From Nostoc sp. (GTDB lineage Bacteria > Cyanobacteriota > Cyanobacteriia > Cyanobacteriales > Nostocaceae): 64,000 bases of DNA. The stretch is from assembly GCA_036918135.1 (NCBI GenBank), contig JBALDB010000011.1:192001-256000 (forward strand), written 5' to 3'. Of the stretch, positions 59,336 to 64,000 are shown one piece after another (position 1 is the stretch's first letter; every line of letters starts with the position of its first letter). The translations under genes and the position numbers were made by a program. The notes beneath the pieces are model-generated. The model saw only the letters and a program-made list of their open reading frames with translations, made no database searches and was not told the DNA's origin.

Positions 59336-60418
59336 TTAACAAATTCGGGGCAATTGTTCGCCTACCAACATATCAACAATTCTTTCAGCACCAAAAATTG
59401 TTTTTAATGAGACGATACCTGGAGGCGAGGTAATAACTTCACCAATCATACAAGCATCTTTTCCTGCTGGGTGAGATTTCATAGCGGATAAAATAGATGC
59501 AGCATTTTCTCTTTTTGCCACTACAACTAATTTACCTTCATTAGCTAAATACAATGGATCTAAACCCAAAATTTCGCAAACACCTTTCACTTCTTCACGC
59601 ACTGGAATAAATTCTTCATCGAGGCGAATTCCTACATTTGAACTGGAGGCAAATTCATTTAAAACTGTAGCTAAACCACCACGTGTTACATCCCGCATTG
59701 CATGAACCTGGGGACAGACATTGAGGATAGTTGCTACTAAATCATACAACGCCTGACAGTCACTCTCAATATTAGTTTCTAAAGCTAGTTCTCCACGTGC
59801 AATTAAAATTGCTGCCCCATGATTACCTAATTCACCATTAATAATTACAGCATCCCCAGGTTGAATATTGCGAGCAGAAATGTTAACTCCTTGTGGAATG
59901 ATACCAATACCAGCAGTATTAATAAACAGTTTATCAGCAGCACCGCGATGTACAACTTTTGTGTCACCAGTGACAATTTGAACACCAGCATTTTTCGCTG
60001 CTGTTTTCATGCTGGCTGCGATACATCGCAAGGTTTCTATGGGTAATCCTTCTTCTATAATTACGCTACAAGTTAAATATAAAGGTTTAGCGCCACTGAC
60101 AGCTAAATCATTCACTGTACCGTTGATGGCTAATTCTCCGATGTCACTACCTGGAAAAAATAAAGGGTCTACAACATAAGAATCTGTGGTAAAAGCGAGT
60201 CTATCTCCCTGTTGTAAAAGAGGGGATAAGTTAAAGGTTGCTTGGTCTTCTAATTGAGAGAGAATTGGGTTATCAAAAGTATTAACAAAGATATCATCAA
60301 TTAAATCGCGCATGGCTTTACCACCGCTACCATGTGCGAGAGTTATATGAGTATCTTGGATTTTATGGGATTTTGTCAATAGAGGATTTTGTATTGAGTT
60401 TGTGGGGAAAAGATTCAT
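59336..60418 (-). CDS. hypE: Hydrogenase maturation protein HypE
   Basis: HGSGG, GTVNDL, GDTKVV, C-terminal PRIC. Confidence 0.97.
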   Translation of the reverse strand: MNLFPTNSIQNPLLTKSHKIQDTHITLAHGSGGKAMRDLIDDIFVNTFDNPILSQLEDQATFNLSPLLQQGDRLAFTTDSYVVDPLFFPGSDIGELAINGTVNDLAVSGAKPLYLTCSVIIEEGLPIETLRCIAASMKTAAKNAGVQIVTGDTKVVHRGAADKLFINTAGIGIIPQGVNISARNIQPGDAVIINGELGNHGAAILIARGELALETNIESDCQALYDLVATILNVCPQVHAMRDVTRGGLATVLNEFASSSNVGIRLDEEFIPVREEVKGVCEILGLDPLYLANEGKLVVVAKRENAASILSAMKSHPAGKDACMIGEVITSPPGIVSLKTIFGAERIVDMLVGEQLPRIC

Positions 60419-60495
60419 ATTAAAGTGGGGGATTTTTTTAACGCAAAGGAACGCAAAGGGAAGCGCAGAGGTTCGCAGAGTATTTGTAAGATGTA

Positions 60496-61680
60496 TTAGT
60501 CTAAAGAAAAACCACAGGCAGGAAGAGGTTCTTGGGTGATGGTGATTTTTGGTTTCTCAGCTATTACTTTTTTAGCCATTGTAGAGAGTCGCCCATATTT
60601 GTAATAGGCTGCACAAGCACCTTCAGAAGATACCATACAAGTGCCAATGGGTGTTTCTGGTGTGCAAGCTGTACCAAATATTTTGCATTCCCAAGGTTTT
60701 AAAACTCCTTTGAGAATTTCTCCACATTTACAAGCTTTATGGTCAGCTACTTTGAGATTAGGAATGGTAAATTTAAGTTCAGCATCAAATTGAGCATATT
60801 CAGGTTGAATTTTTAATCCTGAATAGGAAATATCGCCCAAACCCCGCCAATCAAAACTATTTCGGACAGCAAAAACTTTATTTATCGCTTGCAGTGCTTG
60901 TGTATTCCCAGATTTTTGGACAATTCGATTATATTGGTTTTCAACTTGACAACGATTTTCTACTAGCTGTTGTAACAGCATCCAAATTGATTGGAGAATA
61001 TCTAAAGGTTCAAATCCTGAAACGACAATTGGCTTATTATATTGTTGAGAAATAAATTCATAAGGCTCAGTACCAATTACCATGCTTACATGACCAGGCC
61101 CAACAAATCCATCCAATTGTAAATCGGGGTTATCTAGTAGCGCTTTGAGGGCGGGTATCACAAGCACGTGATTGCAAAACATACTGAAGTTATGAATTTC
61201 TTCGGCTGCTGCTTGCAGAATGGTGAAGGCGGTGCTGGGGGCTGTGGTTTCAAAGCCTAAGGCGAAGAAAACTACTTCTTTGTTGGGGTTATCTTTAGCA
61301 ATTTGCAGGCTATCCAAAGGAGAGTACACCATCCGGATGTCTGCGCCTTGTGCCCTGGCTTGTAGTAAACTTGTTTTGGAACCAGGAACTCGCATCGCAT
61401 CGCCAAATGTAGTGAAGATGACGTTAGGATTTTCAGAGATAGCGATCGCATCATCTAATCTTCCTTTTGGCATAACACATACTGGACAACCAGGCCCATG
61501 AATTAGTTCGATGCGATCGGGCAAAGTCTCTTCAATGCCATATTTAAATATAGAATGGGTATGCCCGCCGCACACTTCCATTATTTTGATTGGTTTTTTT
61601 AATTGCTGGCATAATTTTGCAATTTCATAGCGTAAGGCTTCAGCTTTTTCTCTTTCGCGGAATTCATCAACGTATTTCAT
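60496..61680 (-). CDS. hypD: Hydrogenase maturation protein HypD
   Basis: MKYVDEFR, MEVCGGHTH, GPGCPVC, GFETT, CMVSSEGAC. Confidence 0.97.
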   Translation of the reverse strand: MKYVDEFREREKAEALRYEIAKLCQQLKKPIKIMEVCGGHTHSIFKYGIEETLPDRIELIHGPGCPVCVMPKGRLDDAIAISENPNVIFTTFGDAMRVPGSKTSLLQARAQGADIRMVYSPLDSLQIAKDNPNKEVVFFALGFETTAPSTAFTILQAAAEEIHNFSMFCNHVLVIPALKALLDNPDLQLDGFVGPGHVSMVIGTEPYEFISQQYNKPIVVSGFEPLDILQSIWMLLQQLVENRCQVENQYNRIVQKSGNTQALQAINKVFAVRNSFDWRGLGDISYSGLKIQPEYAQFDAELKFTIPNLKVADHKACKCGEILKGVLKPWECKIFGTACTPETPIGTCMVSSEGACAAYYKYGRLSTMAKKVIAEKPKITITQEPLPACGFSLD

Positions 61681-61814
61681 AGGAATAGAACCATAGTTTT
61701 TGCAAACGAACCGCAAAGGATTAAGTTTTAGAAGTACTAAATTAAACTGATTGCCAGAATTCTCTGTTTTGTTTGTCTACCTTCGTGCCTCTGCGTCAGA
61801 AAAAAGTCTATTAT

Positions 61815-62075
61815 TTAAGTACTAATCTCTACTTGTACAGTTGCTAATTCTTGCAATAACTCTAATGTTTCTGCTGCTTCTTGTTCGTTAATTCGATTCA
61901 TTGCAAAGCCAACATGTATTAATACCCAATCCCCAATACAAGCTTCGGGAGGATGTTGTTCGTCAACAATGCAGGCAATATTTACTTGGCGTTTGACACC
62001 ACCAACATCAACAACAGCTAATTTATGATTAACGTTGGTAATTTCTATAATTTGACCGGGAATTCCTAAACACAT
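61815..62075 (-). CDS. hypC: Hydrogenase assembly chaperone HypC
   Basis: MCLGIPG...HVGFA. Confidence 0.97.
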   Translation of the reverse strand: MCLGIPGQIIEITNVNHKLAVVDVGGVKRQVNIACIVDEQHPPEACIGDWVLIHVGFAMNRINEQEAAETLELLQELATVQVEIST

Positions 62076-62109
62076 TTTTACTTTATTTGCGCCTTGGCTT
62101 GAGATGAAT

Positions 62110-64000
62110 TTATCTTCTGAATTGTGCAGCCGTAATAACTGCTTGTCCTAAAGATAACCCGCCATCATTCGCTGGAACTAAGCTGTGAGTCAATACTTCT
62201 ATTCCCAATGTTTGTAAAGGTTTGGTAATTTGCTCTAACAATATACAATTTTGAAACACCCCTCCTGTTAGAGCTACCTGATAAATCATATTTTCTTGAC
62301 AAAGACGTTTAGCCATTTCTACAATCGCATTGGCTAAACCTTTGTGAAATTTAGCAGCAATAAATGCTTGGGGAATTTGTTGCTGCAAGTCATGGAGCAA
62401 AGCTTGCCACATTGGACGCGGGTCTATACAGTAAATACTATCTGAAAAACTAAATTGAAAAGGATAAATTAGCGTTTCTTTATCATTATTTAAGATGTTA
62501 ATATCAACTAGAGCTTCCAGTGCGATCGCAGCTTGTCCTTCATAGCTACATTCATCTCTATAAATACCGATAGCCGCCGCTACTGCATCGAACAACCTCC
62601 CCACTGAGGAAGCTGGAGGAGAGTTAATTCTTTTTTCAACTAATTGATTAAGTAGTTTTAATGGCTTGCTTTTCAAAAATTTAACTATTTCTAAATCAGA
62701 ATATTGTTCTTGGCAATCATCCCAAAGATTAGCAGCTATTAATTGGGCATAGGTATTACGCCAAGGTTGATATATTGCTTGTTCGCTGCCAATCATTGCC
62801 ACTGATTTAAATGTTGCTACTCGCCTAAATTTTCGGTAATCTGCTAAAATAAATTCTCCCCCCCAGAGTGTACCATCTTCACCATAACCCAAACCATCTA
62901 AAGCAATACCTAATACTGGAGGCGAATTTAAAGGAATGTTATTTTCTGCAATGCAGGCAGCGATGTGGGCGTGATGATGTTGGATTGGGTTAATTTTAAT
63001 TTTATTTCTATCTGCAATTTCTTTACCAAATTTGCTTGAGAGATACTCAGGGTGTTTATCAATCGCAATTATTTTTGGTTGATGTTTAAATAAATTTAAG
63101 TATAAATTCAAAGTTTCTTTGTAAGCATGAAAAGCCACAGTATTTTCTAAATCTCCTAGATGTTGTGAAAGAATTGCTTCTTTTTCTCGCAACAAACAGA
63201 ACGTATTTTTTAACTCACTACCCATTGCTAAAATTGACGGTACATTCTCAAATCCAGGTGGTAAACTAATCGCTGTTGGTACATATCCTCTAGCACGGCG
63301 AATTGTTTGAACTTTCTCACCAACAACCCGTACTACCGAATCATCTACTCGATTAATAATTTCCCGATTATGGAGAATAAAATAATCAGCTATTGTTCCT
63401 AATTTTTCTCTGACTTGATTATTATCAATACATTGGGGTTCATCGGCAATATTGCCACTAGTTAAAACAATTGGACGATTCATCCGCCGCAAAATTAAAT
63501 GATGTAACGGCGTATAAGGTAGCATAAAACCAAGGTGATTTTGCCCCAGTGCTACTGAAGCTGCAATATTAAAATTCAGAGAACATCTATTCTCGGTTTC
63601 TATTCCCAGTCCCTTTCTCTGCAATAAAACAATCGGTGCAGCAGAACTTATTAATAATTCTTTTTCCTTAGCATTTACAATACAATATTGTTCAATTACT
63701 TCAATATCTCGTGCCATTAAAGCAAAGGGTTTATGATAGCGCCTTTTGCGTTGACGGAGTTTTTGTACAACAGTTTCCTGAGTTGCATCGCAAGCTAAAT
63801 GAAAACCACCTAACCCTTTAATTGCAACAATCTCACCTTTTTGCAATAGGGTACAAACAGCATCAACATCATCTAACATCGAGAACATGGAAGCTGTAAC
63901 CGCTTTCCCATCAGCGCGTTCCAACCAAGCTGAAGCACCACAAGCATGACAAGCTACAGGTTGAGCATGAAAACGGCGATTTTCAACATCGTGGTATTCC
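62110..64000 (-). CDS. hypF: Carbamoyltransferase HypF (5' part outside the window)
   Basis: Frame open to the edge (EYHDVENRRFHAQPVACHAC); KGLGGFHLACDA, QHHHAH, PANDGGLSLGQ. Confidence 0.97.
   Translation of the reverse strand, partial: EYHDVENRRFHAQPVACHACGASAWLERADGKAVTASMFSMLDDVDAVCTLLQKGEIVAIKGLGGFHLACDATQETVVQKLRQRKRRYHKPFALMARDIEVIEQYCIVNAKEKELLISSAAPIVLLQRKGLGIETENRCSLNFNIAASVALGQNHLGFMLPYTPLHHLILRRMNRPIVLTSGNIADEPQCIDNNQVREKLGTIADYFILHNREIINRVDDSVVRVVGEKVQTIRRARGYVPTAISLPPGFENVPSILAMGSELKNTFCLLREKEAILSQHLGDLENTVAFHAYKETLNLYLNLFKHQPKIIAIDKHPEYLSSKFGKEIADRNKIKINPIQHHHAHIAACIAENNIPLNSPPVLGIALDGLGYGEDGTLWGGEFILADYRKFRRVATFKSVAMIGSEQAIYQPWRNTYAQLIAANLWDDCQEQYSDLEIVKFLKSKPLKLLNQLVEKRINSPPASSVGRLFDAVAAAIGIYRDECSYEGQAAIALEALVDINILNNDKETLIYPFQFSFSDSIYCIDPRPMWQALLHDLQQQIPQAFIAAKFHKGLANAIVEMAKRLCQENMIYQVALTGGVFQNCILLEQITKPLQTLGIEVLTHSLVPANDGGLSLGQAVITAAQFRR

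Noticed and set aside
41000..64000. Adjacency of the patB/cox2 cluster and hyp operon as a novel island
   Set aside because: These are known heterocyst genes, and as I recall a similar arrangement exists in other Nostoc genomes.

Overview
This is chromosomal DNA from a heterocyst-forming cyanobacterium (Nostocales, Nostoc-like). The evidence is frequent HIP1 octamers (GCGATCGC), STRR heptamer arrays, petBD, hglK, patB/cnfR, the cox2 operon and hyp genes. It has four blocks. (1) About 1-12.6 kb is accessory. A minus-strand run encodes a urea-transporter/EF-hand fusion, an ethylene-receptor-type sensor fused to a SpoIIE/PP2C phosphatase, an Slr1658-type kinase, two tandemly duplicated Slr1659-type STAS proteins, an MscS channel and a tyrosine-decarboxylase-like PLP enzyme. 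A divergent trio (nucleoside hydrolase, TM-TerB protein, 5'-nucleotidase) lies beyond an IS5 remnant. (2) About 13-40 kb is mostly housekeeping: a hybrid Ser/Thr-His kinase, ctpA, petBD, an anti-sigma kinase, gmd, a GT4, probable 6S RNA, hglK, ruvX, yqeG, proB, a ROK kinase and Mut7-C. (3) About 41-57 kb is the nitrogen-fixation accessory cluster: patB/cnfR, fdxB, coxBAC2, a cupin, an ArsC-like protein, cysK, hypotheticals and an LLM oxidoreductase. (4) About 57-64 kb holds a decayed alpha-amylase and hypFCDEAB. The best candidate for an undescribed system is the 1-7.9 kb putative ethylene/Ca2+-responsive partner-switching operon. Small mobile repeats have inserted in frame into several genes. 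I saw no tRNA, rRNA or CRISPR array. All assignments come from motif recognition by eye; no database searches were run.
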